Notes: generated by a model from the letters alone, not told the origin. DNA of 64,000 nucleotides from Oscillospiraceae bacterium (GCA_015065265.1 SVQQ01000008.1:222-64221); one strand, 5' to 3'; positions 29,478 to 38,406 are shown, counted from the stretch's first letter. Numbers and translations are program-made.

Positions 29478-30834
29478 CTGTTATCCTCTTAAGTTCAGAA
29501 TTGAGTTTTGTTATAAATGAATCGGGAAGGTGATGATTTTGGTCAAAGAATGACATATAGTATTCAACGCCCTTACAAGACACACCTTCAAGAGATTTAA
29601 AGTATTCAAGAAGTTTTGGTGCTTTTTTAGACTCTTTCTCATACTTTTCAAGGGTTCTTACACAGGCACTGACAACTTCGTCTCTGCTTCCTACACATTC
29701 AAAAGGTTTATTAGGTAAAACCCCTATAAGTTCCTTAAAGGTTTTAATAAGGCTTTCTTTGTCAAGTAGATTTTCGCCAAATATATCCACAAGGGCTTTT
29801 TCTTCCAAAAACGGAGACAGAATTATGTAAACGAAGAGGCATTTGGGGCAATTACAGCACCAGATATTGCTCTTGCTACCTACGTTACAACTTTTGAACA
29901 CAGGGTGAAATTCAGAATATTTTGCAAAAAGTGCGGCAATCTGCATTTCGCTTAACGGACGAAGGATACTGAAATATTCTACTGTGTGGTTCAAATATTT
30001 TCTCTGGTATTCAATGAAATTCTTTTCAAATTCTTCGCTCTTTGAAAATTGGTGGTTTACGTTTTCACCAAGGACTGTGCTTTCGTTTGCACTTGATTCG
30101 TTAGAGAGGACAACGTACTTTTTACCGTTGAACAATGCAGCAATAATTGAAGAAAATGCCACAATGGAAGAAAAAGGGGTATGACCGTTCAAGAAACCTT
30201 TTTTATTAAGTTCAAGCATATTTTTGTCAAGGGTTCTGCCGACTGTGTAGGTTTTATCCGAGTTGTAACCCGCCACTTCACAACAAAGTGTTGTCGCTCC
30301 TCTTGGGTTTATAATATAAGGGGTGGTTTCAGACTTCGAGTCCGAAAGAATGCTGAGTGCCACGGCAGAGTCCTTACCCCCTCCGACTGTTACGAGGTTT
30401 CCCGAAAGTTCGATTTTTTCGGTATTAGGTTTAAGTACTTCTCCATCGGCAATAACTGTCATAAAGGTATCTTTATCTGTCTTTATACCGTTTACGTAAA
30501 AGAATTCGCCAAGTCCGTCAAAGTATAAAGATTTCCACCAGTCGATCATCTCTTTCGTTAATCCGTGGGGTAAAATCCTCACAACAGGTGAACAGGTCAG
30601 TTTCCAATAACTGATAAGTTCAACAAGTCCAAGTGAAAAGACAAGGTTATCAAGCAAAAGGTCGGGCACTCTTATATCTTCCGTAATGGGAAAATTCCAT
30701 TCGGGTGAAAATTTTTCAAGACCCTTTATTTCAAAAAAGTATTTAATTTTTAAGTTGTCATTTGTTTTAGTAACGCTATAAGAGTTATAAACAAATTCGG
30801 GGTATTGTTGACGAAGTGTGAAAAAATCTGACAT
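29470..30834 (-). CDS. murL: MurL-like UDP-MurNAc-L-Ala-L-Glu epimerase
   Basis: SYWK..C, PP-loop-like GGGKDS, LNGHTPFS, SNESSANE, NHQFSKS, SCN, WCCNCPKCLF, KPFECVG; adjacent to murD. Confidence 0.8.
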   Translation of the reverse strand: MSDFFTLRQQYPEFVYNSYSVTKTNDNLKIKYFFEIKGLEKFSPEWNFPITEDIRVPDLLLDNLVFSLGLVELISYWKLTCSPVVRILPHGLTKEMIDWWKSLYFDGLGEFFYVNGIKTDKDTFMTVIADGEVLKPNTEKIELSGNLVTVGGGKDSAVALSILSDSKSETTPYIINPRGATTLCCEVAGYNSDKTYTVGRTLDKNMLELNKKGFLNGHTPFSSIVAFSSIIAALFNGKKYVVLSNESSANESTVLGENVNHQFSKSEEFEKNFIEYQRKYLNHTVEYFSILRPLSEMQIAALFAKYSEFHPVFKSCNVGSKSNIWCCNCPKCLFVYIILSPFLEEKALVDIFGENLLDKESLIKTFKELIGVLPNKPFECVGSRDEVVSACVRTLEKYEKESKKAPKLLEYFKSLEGVSCKGVEYYMSFFDQNHHLPDSFITKLNSELKRITDV

Positions 30835-30869
30835 ATTTATCCTTTCTCAAGAAAAATCATATCAACGTA

Positions 30870-30898
30870 TTTACTTTTTTCAAAAATTAGGTTAAAAT
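30870..30898 (+). promoter_or_regulatory. Putative sigma-A promoter for rsmA
   Basis: TTTACT-17 nt-TAAAAT. Confidence 0.5.
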
Positions 30899-30926
30899 AG
30901 AATATCAAATTGAAAGGTATATAAAA

Positions 30927-31796
30927 ATGAATTTGACAAATCCCTCTGAAATTAAAAACCTTATGGCTGAAAGCGGTTTTTCTTTCAAAAAAAAGTTTGG
31001 TCAAAATTTTTTGATAAATCCTGAAATTCCAAAAAGAATTGCTACCTCTTCCGTAATTCCCGGAGCTACAAAAACTGCCTGTATAGAAATCGGTCCCGGT
31101 ATTGGGGTTATGACGGCGGAACTTTCAAAATTATATGATAAAGTTTATTCTTTTGAAATTGACAGTGAACTAATTCCCATACTTGATAAAACGTTATTGG
31201 AATGTGAAAACGTCACTGTAATAAACAAGGACATACTTGACGTAAATTTAAAAGAATTTATTGAAGACAATCTGTCGGGTTATACGGTGTCTGTATGCGC
31301 TAACCTTCCCTATTACATAACAACTCCGATTATTATGTCACTTTTTGAATCAAGAGCGGATATCCACAGAATTGTAGTAATGATACAAAAGGAAGTGGCA
31401 ACAAGGCTTACAGCCCGTGCAGGAAGTGAAGAATATGGCTCTATAACGCCAACTGTCGAATACTATTCCGAGGTGAAAAAACTTTTTGAAGTTGCACCAG
31501 GAAACTTTATGCCACGTCCTGACGTAACGTCTGCAGTGGTGAGTTTCGACGTCAGGAAAACTCCTGTTGTGACTCCACTGTCGGAAGAATATCTATTCAG
31601 AACAATTCGAGGTGCTTTTGCGCTGAGAAGGAAGACTTTAATAAATTCGCTGAAAACTGAGTTTTCCTCTCTGTCAAAAGAAGAGTTGACTTCTTGCCTT
31701 GAAAGTGCGGGAGTTTCTCCGTCCCTGAGAGGTGAGACACTGAGTCTTAAGGAACTGTCAGTACTGTCCGACGAAATTTTCAAATACTTAAATTAG
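30927..31796 (+). CDS. rsmA: 16S rRNA adenine dimethyltransferase KsgA
   Basis: KKFGQNFL, EIGPGIG, ANLPYYITTP, MIQKEVA, FMPRPDVTS. Confidence 0.96.
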   Translation: MNLTNPSEIKNLMAESGFSFKKKFGQNFLINPEIPKRIATSSVIPGATKTACIEIGPGIGVMTAELSKLYDKVYSFEIDSELIPILDKTLLECENVTVINKDILDVNLKEFIEDNLSGYTVSVCANLPYYITTPIIMSLFESRADIHRIVVMIQKEVATRLTARAGSEEYGSITPTVEYYSEVKKLFEVAPGNFMPRPDVTSAVVSFDVRKTPVVTPLSEEYLFRTIRGAFALRRKTLINSLKTEFSSLSKEELTSCLESAGVSPSLRGETLSLKELSVLSDEIFKYLN

Positions 31797-33325
31797 TGCT
31801 TTTGCCTTTTGGCAAAAGCCTTTTTTATTGGGAAAAAGTAAAAAATCAAATACAGAAATACGGGTATCAAAATGACGTCACCGATTTTTGTATAAAGGGT
31901 GGTGTCGGAAATAAAATATACTTTTTCCTTTAAAGTTCCCTTGGTTAAAGGGGGCAAACTTGAAATCATTTCACCGTGAGGGTTAATAACCGAGGAAATA
32001 CCTGAATTTGCCGCTCTGACTACCCATCTACCGTTTTCAACTGCTCTCCATTTTGAATGTGAGTTGTGCTGATAAACTGCGGGAAAGTCTTTGTACCACG
32101 AGTCGTTAGTTATTGCCACTAAAAGTTCGGCGCCGTCTTTTGCACTCTCACGCGCAAGACTTGAAAAAATCGTATCAAAGCAAATAAGTGTTCCGATTTT
32201 TCCGTATTTTGTGGTCATTATATTAGTGTCTGTTCCAGGGGTCAGGTCTGAGGAAAACAAATTTATTGCGTCAAGAAAATCAAATGCGGACAAAACCTTT
32301 CTCATAGGCAAAAATTCGCCGAAAGGAACGAGTCTGCGCTTAAAATAGACGTCATTTGTGACTTTTCCGTCTTCAATATAATATGCACCGTTATACTCTC
32401 TGCCTGTATTTCCAAGGTAAAATGCGCCAACTATCATATCGCTGTCTGTTTCAAGGGAATAGTTTTCAAGTTTACTTAAGGCAAGGTTCGAGGTATTAAG
32501 GTAGGTGGGAATTGCAGTCTCGGGCCAGATGACAAGAGAATTTGAATTTTTCACTTTTTCGCTTTCTGTCATATAAACTGAAAAAGAAGACCGTGTGCGC
32601 CACTTTTCGTTTTCAAGGACGTTTCCTTGAACTATTACAACATCCCTCTCACGAGAAGTTGTAACGGTTGAGGTCATATTAACAAGTCCAAAAGTAAGGT
32701 TCAGGACAAAAATAATAATTGCAATAAAAGGATATATTTTTTTCTTAGTAATATACGTCATAGCAACAAGGACGTTAAAGAGCACCAAAATCAAGTCAAT
32801 AAAGTAAGGTCCGAAAAGTGATGCCGACTGAATGGTAGGTAAGAAAAATACCTGCGGGAATGAAAAACGAGCCCACGTGAAGCCGTATTTACCAAGGGAC
32901 TGGATATATTGAACTGCAATAAAAACGAAGCCTATTGCGAGAAATTTACAAAACCTGTTTATTTTAACTTTTAGGGCAAGGAAAGTAAAAAAAGCAACAA
33001 AGGCTGAATGGAACACGGACAGTATCAACCATCCTAAAAGGAGAACTATTGCACAGGACAGGTGTCCGAGTCCTACAAAATCCATTGGGTATAGTGCTAT
33101 AAAAAAGTTATAGACCACAAAATAGAAAGTGAAGTAAAATGAGAAAACGTGAAAGAATAGTCTTTTAGAGGTGTTTTCTCTTGACTCCTTTTCAATTAAA
33201 ATCATAAATGGGGAAAGAGAAAACCAAGAGATGAAAAACAAAGCATTATGGATAAACGAAGTGGCGTTTATTAGTCCTAAAAGTGCAAATAAAAGCCATT
33301 TGTTTTTAATAAAAAACTCTTTCAA
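31793..33325 (-). CDS. lnt: Apolipoprotein N-acyltransferase (CN-hydrolase domain, multi-TM)
   Basis: Multiple N-terminal TM helices, VQGN, WPETA (Glu), KRRLVPFGEF (Lys), ICFD (Cys), TNDSW, RAVENGR, RAANSGIS, TLY..IGD. Confidence 0.88.
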   Translation of the reverse strand: MKEFFIKNKWLLFALLGLINATSFIHNALFFISWFSLSPFMILIEKESRENTSKRLFFHVFSFYFTFYFVVYNFFIALYPMDFVGLGHLSCAIVLLLGWLILSVFHSAFVAFFTFLALKVKINRFCKFLAIGFVFIAVQYIQSLGKYGFTWARFSFPQVFFLPTIQSASLFGPYFIDLILVLFNVLVAMTYITKKKIYPFIAIIIFVLNLTFGLVNMTSTVTTSRERDVVIVQGNVLENEKWRTRSSFSVYMTESEKVKNSNSLVIWPETAIPTYLNTSNLALSKLENYSLETDSDMIVGAFYLGNTGREYNGAYYIEDGKVTNDVYFKRRLVPFGEFLPMRKVLSAFDFLDAINLFSSDLTPGTDTNIMTTKYGKIGTLICFDTIFSSLARESAKDGAELLVAITNDSWYKDFPAVYQHNSHSKWRAVENGRWVVRAANSGISSVINPHGEMISSLPPLTKGTLKEKVYFISDTTLYTKIGDVILIPVFLYLIFYFFPIKKAFAKRQKH

Positions 33326-33349
33326 ATCTTTGTCCTCACAAAAAATAGA

Positions 33350-33997
33350 TTAAAGACCTCTTAATGCTTTTATAGTTTTTTCAGGGTCGTCGCTTTTGAA
33401 GAAGGCAGAACCTGCAACTATGACGTCTGCCCCTGCGTTTATAGGAAGGTGAACGTTTTCGGCATATATTCCGCCGTCAACTTCAAGTTCGATATCTTTA
33501 CCTGTTTCAGTTATCATTTCTCGAACCGCTTTAATTGAGTCAAGGGTTTTATCTATAAACTTTTGTCCGCCATAACCCGGTTCAACGGTCATAATTAAAA
33601 CCATTTCGAGTTTATCAATAAAGGGTCTCAAAACTTCGGCTGATGTATTAGGTTTTATGGACATAGAGGCTTTTTTGCCAAAACTGTGTATAAGGTCTAT
33701 AACTTCGTCGTGATTATCACAACTTTCGTAATGGAAGGTGATAATGTCTGCTCCTGCGTCTACAAAGTCTTTAATATATCTTTTGGGGTCGACAATCATA
33801 AGATGAACGTCAAACACTGAAGTTGAGTGTTTTCTGAGGCTCTTTATTACAGGTGCGCCGAAGGTTATGTTGGGCACAAAGACGCCGTCCATAACGTCAA
33901 GGTGTATGTAGTCTCCTCCCGCATTATCAATTTTTTTAATTTCTTCGGAAAGGCAGGAAAAATCCGATGCGAGAACGGAAGGTGAAACCTTAATCAT
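33350..33997 (-). CDS. rpe: Ribulose-phosphate 3-epimerase
   Basis: SPSVLASDF, HLDVMDGVFVPNITFG, DVHLM, MTVEPGYGGQ, VDGGI. Confidence 0.97.
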   Translation of the reverse strand: MIKVSPSVLASDFSCLSEEIKKIDNAGGDYIHLDVMDGVFVPNITFGAPVIKSLRKHSTSVFDVHLMIVDPKRYIKDFVDAGADIITFHYESCDNHDEVIDLIHSFGKKASMSIKPNTSAEVLRPFIDKLEMVLIMTVEPGYGGQKFIDKTLDSIKAVREMITETGKDIELEVDGGIYAENVHLPINAGADVIVAGSAFFKSDDPEKTIKALRGL

Positions 33998-34074
33998 AGT
34001 TTTTCTCCTTTATTTTAATTTATTTATAGTCCTTAATTTTGTCAATTTTTTTCCTTTGTCATAAAATAACTACT

Positions 34075-34196
34075 GAAAAACCGTGATAGCCCGAGAAGAC
34101 AGTCTGTTTAAAATAAAGGTACGAACCCTATATCTTTTCGGTTACACTTTATATATAGCGTTAAGTGTCAAAGTGTACTTTGGCACTTATTTTTTT
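34075..34196 (+). ncRNA. Candidate small RNA (two hairpins, ending in an intrinsic terminator)
   Basis: Stem 34083-34099/34133-34147 and terminator 34162-34189 plus T7. The wobble pairs work only on the + strand, and no + strand gene lies upstream to explain the terminator. Confidence 0.35.
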
Positions 34197-34204
34197 CAAA
34201 ACTA

Positions 34205-34233
34205 TTTACATATACGGAAAATATTGGTATAAT
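34205..34233 (+). promoter_or_regulatory. Sigma-A promoter for the 34266 ORF
   Basis: TTTACA-17 nt-TATAAT with TG extension; GGAGG RBS downstream. Confidence 0.7.
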
Positions 34234-34265
34234 TTATATATAAGTTACGTCTTCCGGAGGAAAAA

Positions 34266-35273
34266 ATGAAGTTTAAAACATCACTTGAGAATTATCCGTC
34301 TGCAGTTGTGGCAATTGACAAAGACGGTTTTGTTATAGCAAAGAATTATCTCGCATCTATTTCCTTCCCTGTTATACACGTAGGGGCAAAGGTATCAAAC
34401 TATACGGATATAAATTATCTTTTGTCGGGAATGTCAAGAGGTGTGTTCTGCGGTAAGGAATATACTTATTTTTGTACAGAAAGTGACGTTGACAAAACTC
34501 CCTGTTACCTTATGTTTTTATCTCTTGCTTCCTTCGGTGAGGATTTATTGCCCTTTGACGTTATAAAGGCTTACGGTGAAAAGGTGGAGAAGTTTTCGGA
34601 TAACTGTGTGTACGGTGAAAAAGTAGACTCAAATGCTCAGCGAAGGTACATTCGCTCGGTACACAACAATCTTGTTAAGGTGAATTTCTTTTCCGTTTTC
34701 AAAAACCTATTTAATCCTGACAGAAACGTTGAAAAAATGAGACTTGACGATGAGAAGGTAGTGCTTTCTCAAATATGCACCTCTGTGTCTTTTGCAGTAG
34801 ATAACTATTTAAGCGAACTTGACGTAGTTTTCGATATAAATTACGAAAACCCAAAACTTGTGGCAGGTATCTGCAAACAGGATATTGTCAATATAATACT
34901 TAACACTTTGGTGTTCTGTGCAATTAACTCATCCTCTTCTATAAAGGTGTCTCTTGACAAAGGGGAAAGTGACGTGGCGCAACTTACCTTCGACTTCACA
35001 TCCCGCTTCGACCTGTTTTCCGTTTATAAGGTGAGTGAAGGCGATACAAGTGTTCTGAACTCTGCTCTTTCCTTCTTCGTGGCATTTGAACTTGCAAAAC
35101 TTTATGATTTTAAATTTAGTTTTTCAAAAAATCGCGAAATAAAAAATAGATATAAAATCACTTACGAAATTCCCGTTACAACAAGTAACAAGGCGGGGTT
35201 CTCGTCAGGTGATAATCTTGATACTATCGTTGAGAGATATTTGTTCACCGTATTCTTCAACGAAGAGTTTTAA
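34266..35273 (+). CDS. Hypothetical protein with PAS-like N-terminus and degenerate HATPase-like C-terminus
   Basis: LENYPSAVVAIDKDGFVIAKN PAS pattern; DIVNIILNTLVFCAINSSSSIKVSL resembles an eroded N-box. Confidence 0.55.
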   Translation: MKFKTSLENYPSAVVAIDKDGFVIAKNYLASISFPVIHVGAKVSNYTDINYLLSGMSRGVFCGKEYTYFCTESDVDKTPCYLMFLSLASFGEDLLPFDVIKAYGEKVEKFSDNCVYGEKVDSNAQRRYIRSVHNNLVKVNFFSVFKNLFNPDRNVEKMRLDDEKVVLSQICTSVSFAVDNYLSELDVVFDINYENPKLVAGICKQDIVNIILNTLVFCAINSSSSIKVSLDKGESDVAQLTFDFTSRFDLFSVYKVSEGDTSVLNSALSFFVAFELAKLYDFKFSFSKNREIKNRYKITYEIPVTTSNKAGFSSGDNLDTIVERYLFTVFFNEEF

Positions 35274-36058
35274 TCAATTCCATAAAATTTTTTGCCGTTA
35301 TTCAAGGTCAGATTTGCAATTGTTTCAACGTCTGTTCCGCGAATTTCGGCAATTTTTTTTGCAGTTTCAAACATAAGTGAAGAGTTATTTGTTTTACCTC
35401 TGTATGGTGTTGGTGCAAGGTATGGGGCGTCGGTTTCGATAAGCAGTCTGTCATCGGGAACTGCAAGGACACTTCTCTGGACGTTTGTGGCGTTTTTGAA
35501 GGTTACAGTTCCACTGAATGAAATATACCAACCTAGTTTAACAAGTTCACTCGCCATCTCGAAACTGCCCGAAAAGGAATGAAAAACTCCTACCGTTCTG
35601 CCCTTAAACTGTCTGACGACTTCCATACAGTCACCGTGGGCTTCCCTATCGTGAACTATAACGTTCTTGTGAAGTTTTTCGGCAAGTGCCATCTGTCTTA
35701 CAAAAACTGACAACTGTTCTTCTTTACTTGGGGCATCGTCGTAGTGATAGTCAAGACCGATTTCGCCAAGGGCTACAACTTTGTTTTGTGACAGGTAGTG
35801 TGTCAGTTTTTCTTCTAAATCCTGAGTGGCGGTATCGGCTTCAAGGGGATGTATTCCTGCGGTGGCGTAAATAAAATCGTATTTATCCGATATGGCTATT
35901 GCTTTTTCTGTGCTATCATAACCCGATGCAGAATTAACTACAAAAGATACACCCAAAGGGTTCACGTCATTTTTTTGGCGTAAACCCTTTATTATTGTGT
36001 CTCTGTCTTCGTCAAAACGATCATCGTCGTAATGCGCGTGAGAGTCAAAAAGTCCCAT
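35270..36058 (-). CDS. tatD: TatD-family DNase
   Basis: DSHAH, GIHP, GEIGLDYH, HDREA, HSFSG, ETDAPYLAP. Confidence 0.95.
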   Translation of the reverse strand: MGLFDSHAHYDDDRFDEDRDTIIKGLRQKNDVNPLGVSFVVNSASGYDSTEKAIAISDKYDFIYATAGIHPLEADTATQDLEEKLTHYLSQNKVVALGEIGLDYHYDDAPSKEEQLSVFVRQMALAEKLHKNVIVHDREAHGDCMEVVRQFKGRTVGVFHSFSGSFEMASELVKLGWYISFSGTVTFKNATNVQRSVLAVPDDRLLIETDAPYLAPTPYRGKTNNSSLMFETAKKIAEIRGTDVETIANLTLNNGKKFYGID

Positions 36059-38013
36059 TATCTTATTTCGGCTCCGTTTTCTGTTTCGGGGTCAAGGAAG
36101 AGAACCCGAATTTTTCCGTCGCTTCCCGAACTTGCCAAAATCATTCCGTTGCTGTCAACTCCACGAAGTTTTACGGGTTTAAGGTTTGCAACCACTGCAA
36201 CTTTTTTTCCTACAAGTTCGTCGGGGGTATAGAATTTTGCAATTCCTGAAACTATCTGTCGTTCTTCTCCCATATCGACTATTAACTTCAAGAGTTTATC
36301 TGATTTTTCAACAGGTTCGCAAGAGAGAATTTCTGCAGCCTTCAAACTGACTTTCATAAAGTCGTCTATGGTAATTATTCCTGCTTCTGTCTTTTCGCTC
36401 TCTTTATTCTGAACTTCTTTCTTCTCGGCTACTTTAGCCTTCTTCTGATTGTCTTCGAAGATTTTTGTAAGCATCTTTTCTTCGTCTATTCTTTGAAACA
36501 GTATTTCAAGGTCGCCTATAACCGTACCTGCTTTAAGTTTGCCGAAGGTCTGAATGCTTTCCCAATCAAATGGAACACCGTTGAACACTCCCATTATCTT
36601 CTGGGCGGAATTGGGTATTGCACAAGAAAGAAGTGTTGTGGAAATTCGTATTGTTTCAAGAAGGTTATAAATAACCGTTGCCAAACGTGGACGCATACTC
36701 TCGTCCTTGCTAAGTGCCCAGGGCATAGTTTCGTCGATATATTTATTTGCACGTTTCAAAAGTGTCATAACGCTTTCCAGTGCTTCGGCGGTTCTGAAAT
36801 CTTTTAACTTTTCATAGAAGTCTTTGACTGTGCTCTCGGAAAGTGACACAAGTTCGTCATCGATGTCCTCGTGAGATACAGGTTCGGGGACTACTGAGTC
36901 AAAGTACTTTTTGTTCATTGCGACAGTTCTGCTAACAAGGTTTCCAAAGGTGTTGGCAAGGTCGGCGTTAAACACCTTAACTACGTTTTCGTAGGTAATG
37001 CTTCCGTCCTGAACGTAGGGCATCTGACTGATAAGGTAATATCTTACAGCATCAACGCCAAAATATGAGATGAGTTCGTCGGCATAAATAGTGTTGCCTT
37101 TGGATTTAGACATTTTATCAATGCCCGATAAGAACCAAGGGTGACCGAAGACACGACTGGGAAGTTTTTCACCCAGAGCCATCAAAATTATGGGCCAGAT
37201 TATCGTATGGAAACGAAGGATATCTTTTCCTATGATGTGCACGTCTGCAGGCCAATACTTCTTAAAGAGGTCGCCTTTTTTACTGTCGTCGGTACTGTAA
37301 CCCAGGGCGGTAATGTAATTGGAAAGGGCGTCTATCCATACGTAGATTACGTGTCCCGGGTCAAATTCAACGGGGATACCCCAAGTGAAAGTGGTTCTGG
37401 AAACGCAAAGGTCCTGAATTCCGGGTTTTATAAAGTTGTTTATCATTTCCTTCTTTCTTGCTTCGGGGGCAATGAAATCAGGGTTATTTTCTATATACTC
37501 TTCAAGTTGCTTTTGATACTTGGACATTTTGAAGAAGTATGCTTCTTCGTGGGCTTTGTTGACTTCTCTGCCACAGTCTGGGCATTTTCCGTCTACTAAC
37601 TGACTCTCAGTATAAAAGGTTTCGCAAGGGGTACAGTACCAGCCCTCGTATTTACCTTTGTATATATCGCCTTGGTCATAAAGTTTCTTGAAAATTTCGG
37701 AAACTGCTCTTTCGTGTTCGGCGTCGGTTGTTCTGATGAACTTGTCGTAAGTTGCGCCACACATATCCCAAATATTCTTAACTTCCCCTGCAATCTTATC
37801 CACGTAAGTCTTGGGGTCGACTCCTGCTTTTTGAGCGTGTTCTGCAATCTTTATGCCATGCTCGTCGGTTCCTGTTAAGAAGAACACGTCTTTACCTATA
37901 AGTCTGTTAAAACGTGCTATGGCATCAGTAAATACAACTTCGTAAGTATTGCCTATATGAGGTTTTTGAGATGTATAAGCAATCGCTGTTGTAATATAGA
38001 ATTTATCCTTCAA
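36058..38013 (-). CDS. metG: Methionyl-tRNA synthetase with C-terminal tRNA-binding (Trbp111) domain
   Basis: FYITTAIAY, PHIG, GTDEHG, zinc knuckle, YVWIDAL, KMSKSKGN, C-terminal OB fold. TTG start. Confidence 0.97.
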   Translation of the reverse strand: MKDKFYITTAIAYTSQKPHIGNTYEVVFTDAIARFNRLIGKDVFFLTGTDEHGIKIAEHAQKAGVDPKTYVDKIAGEVKNIWDMCGATYDKFIRTTDAEHERAVSEIFKKLYDQGDIYKGKYEGWYCTPCETFYTESQLVDGKCPDCGREVNKAHEEAYFFKMSKYQKQLEEYIENNPDFIAPEARKKEMINNFIKPGIQDLCVSRTTFTWGIPVEFDPGHVIYVWIDALSNYITALGYSTDDSKKGDLFKKYWPADVHIIGKDILRFHTIIWPIILMALGEKLPSRVFGHPWFLSGIDKMSKSKGNTIYADELISYFGVDAVRYYLISQMPYVQDGSITYENVVKVFNADLANTFGNLVSRTVAMNKKYFDSVVPEPVSHEDIDDELVSLSESTVKDFYEKLKDFRTAEALESVMTLLKRANKYIDETMPWALSKDESMRPRLATVIYNLLETIRISTTLLSCAIPNSAQKIMGVFNGVPFDWESIQTFGKLKAGTVIGDLEILFQRIDEEKMLTKIFEDNQKKAKVAEKKEVQNKESEKTEAGIITIDDFMKVSLKAAEILSCEPVEKSDKLLKLIVDMGEERQIVSGIAKFYTPDELVGKKVAVVANLKPVKLRGVDSNGMILASSGSDGKIRVLFLDPETENGAEIR

Positions 38014-38194
38014 TTCTATACACTCCTTTTGTTTTTATTTAATACTTAATTTTGCACAAGTTATTTCATATTATTTTAACATATTAATTTTAACAATTCA
38101 ATACTTTGGCAAAAAAAGCAAGAGGCAAAAACAAAATATTTTTATATTTTGCGACTTTCTTCCATTACTTAGTTTTCAAAATCCAAAACCAATT

Positions 38195-38222
38195 TCACGC
38201 CGCTACCAAGGTGGCATATTAT
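38195..38222 (+). promoter_or_regulatory. Putative mother-cell sigK-like promoter
   Basis: TCAC-16 nt-CATATTAT matches the AC-N16-CATANNNT consensus, about 23 nt before the small ORF. Confidence 0.45.
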
Positions 38223-38245
38223 GGAAATAGAAGGAGGGATGAACG

Positions 38246-38368
38246 ATGGCTTGCTGCAATACATGTAACAACACTTGCAATTCTTGTAACTCTAACGTAT
38301 TCGGTAATGACCTTTGGATATGGATCATCATTATCGCATTAGTAGTTATACTCTTCACTCTTAGCTAA
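38246..38368 (+). CDS. Unannotated 40-aa Cys/Asn-rich small membrane protein
   Basis: AAGGAGG RBS at 38231; MACCNTCNNTCNSCNSNVFGNDLWIWIIIIALVVILFTLS; TAA TAG double stop followed by a terminator. Confidence 0.8.
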   Translation: MACCNTCNNTCNSCNSNVFGNDLWIWIIIIALVVILFTLS

Positions 38369-38372
38369 TAGC

Positions 38373-38406
38373 AAAAAATCAAGGGCGGGATTACCCGCCC
38401 TTTTTT
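38373..38406. terminator. Bidirectional intrinsic terminator
   Basis: AAAAAA..AAGGGCGGG-atta-CCCGCCCTTTTTT. Confidence 0.85.

Noticed and set aside
38106-38342. 78-aa ORF from the track (MAKKARG...)
   Set aside because: TTG start with no RBS. It overlaps the promoter and the better-supported 40-aa ORF in another frame.
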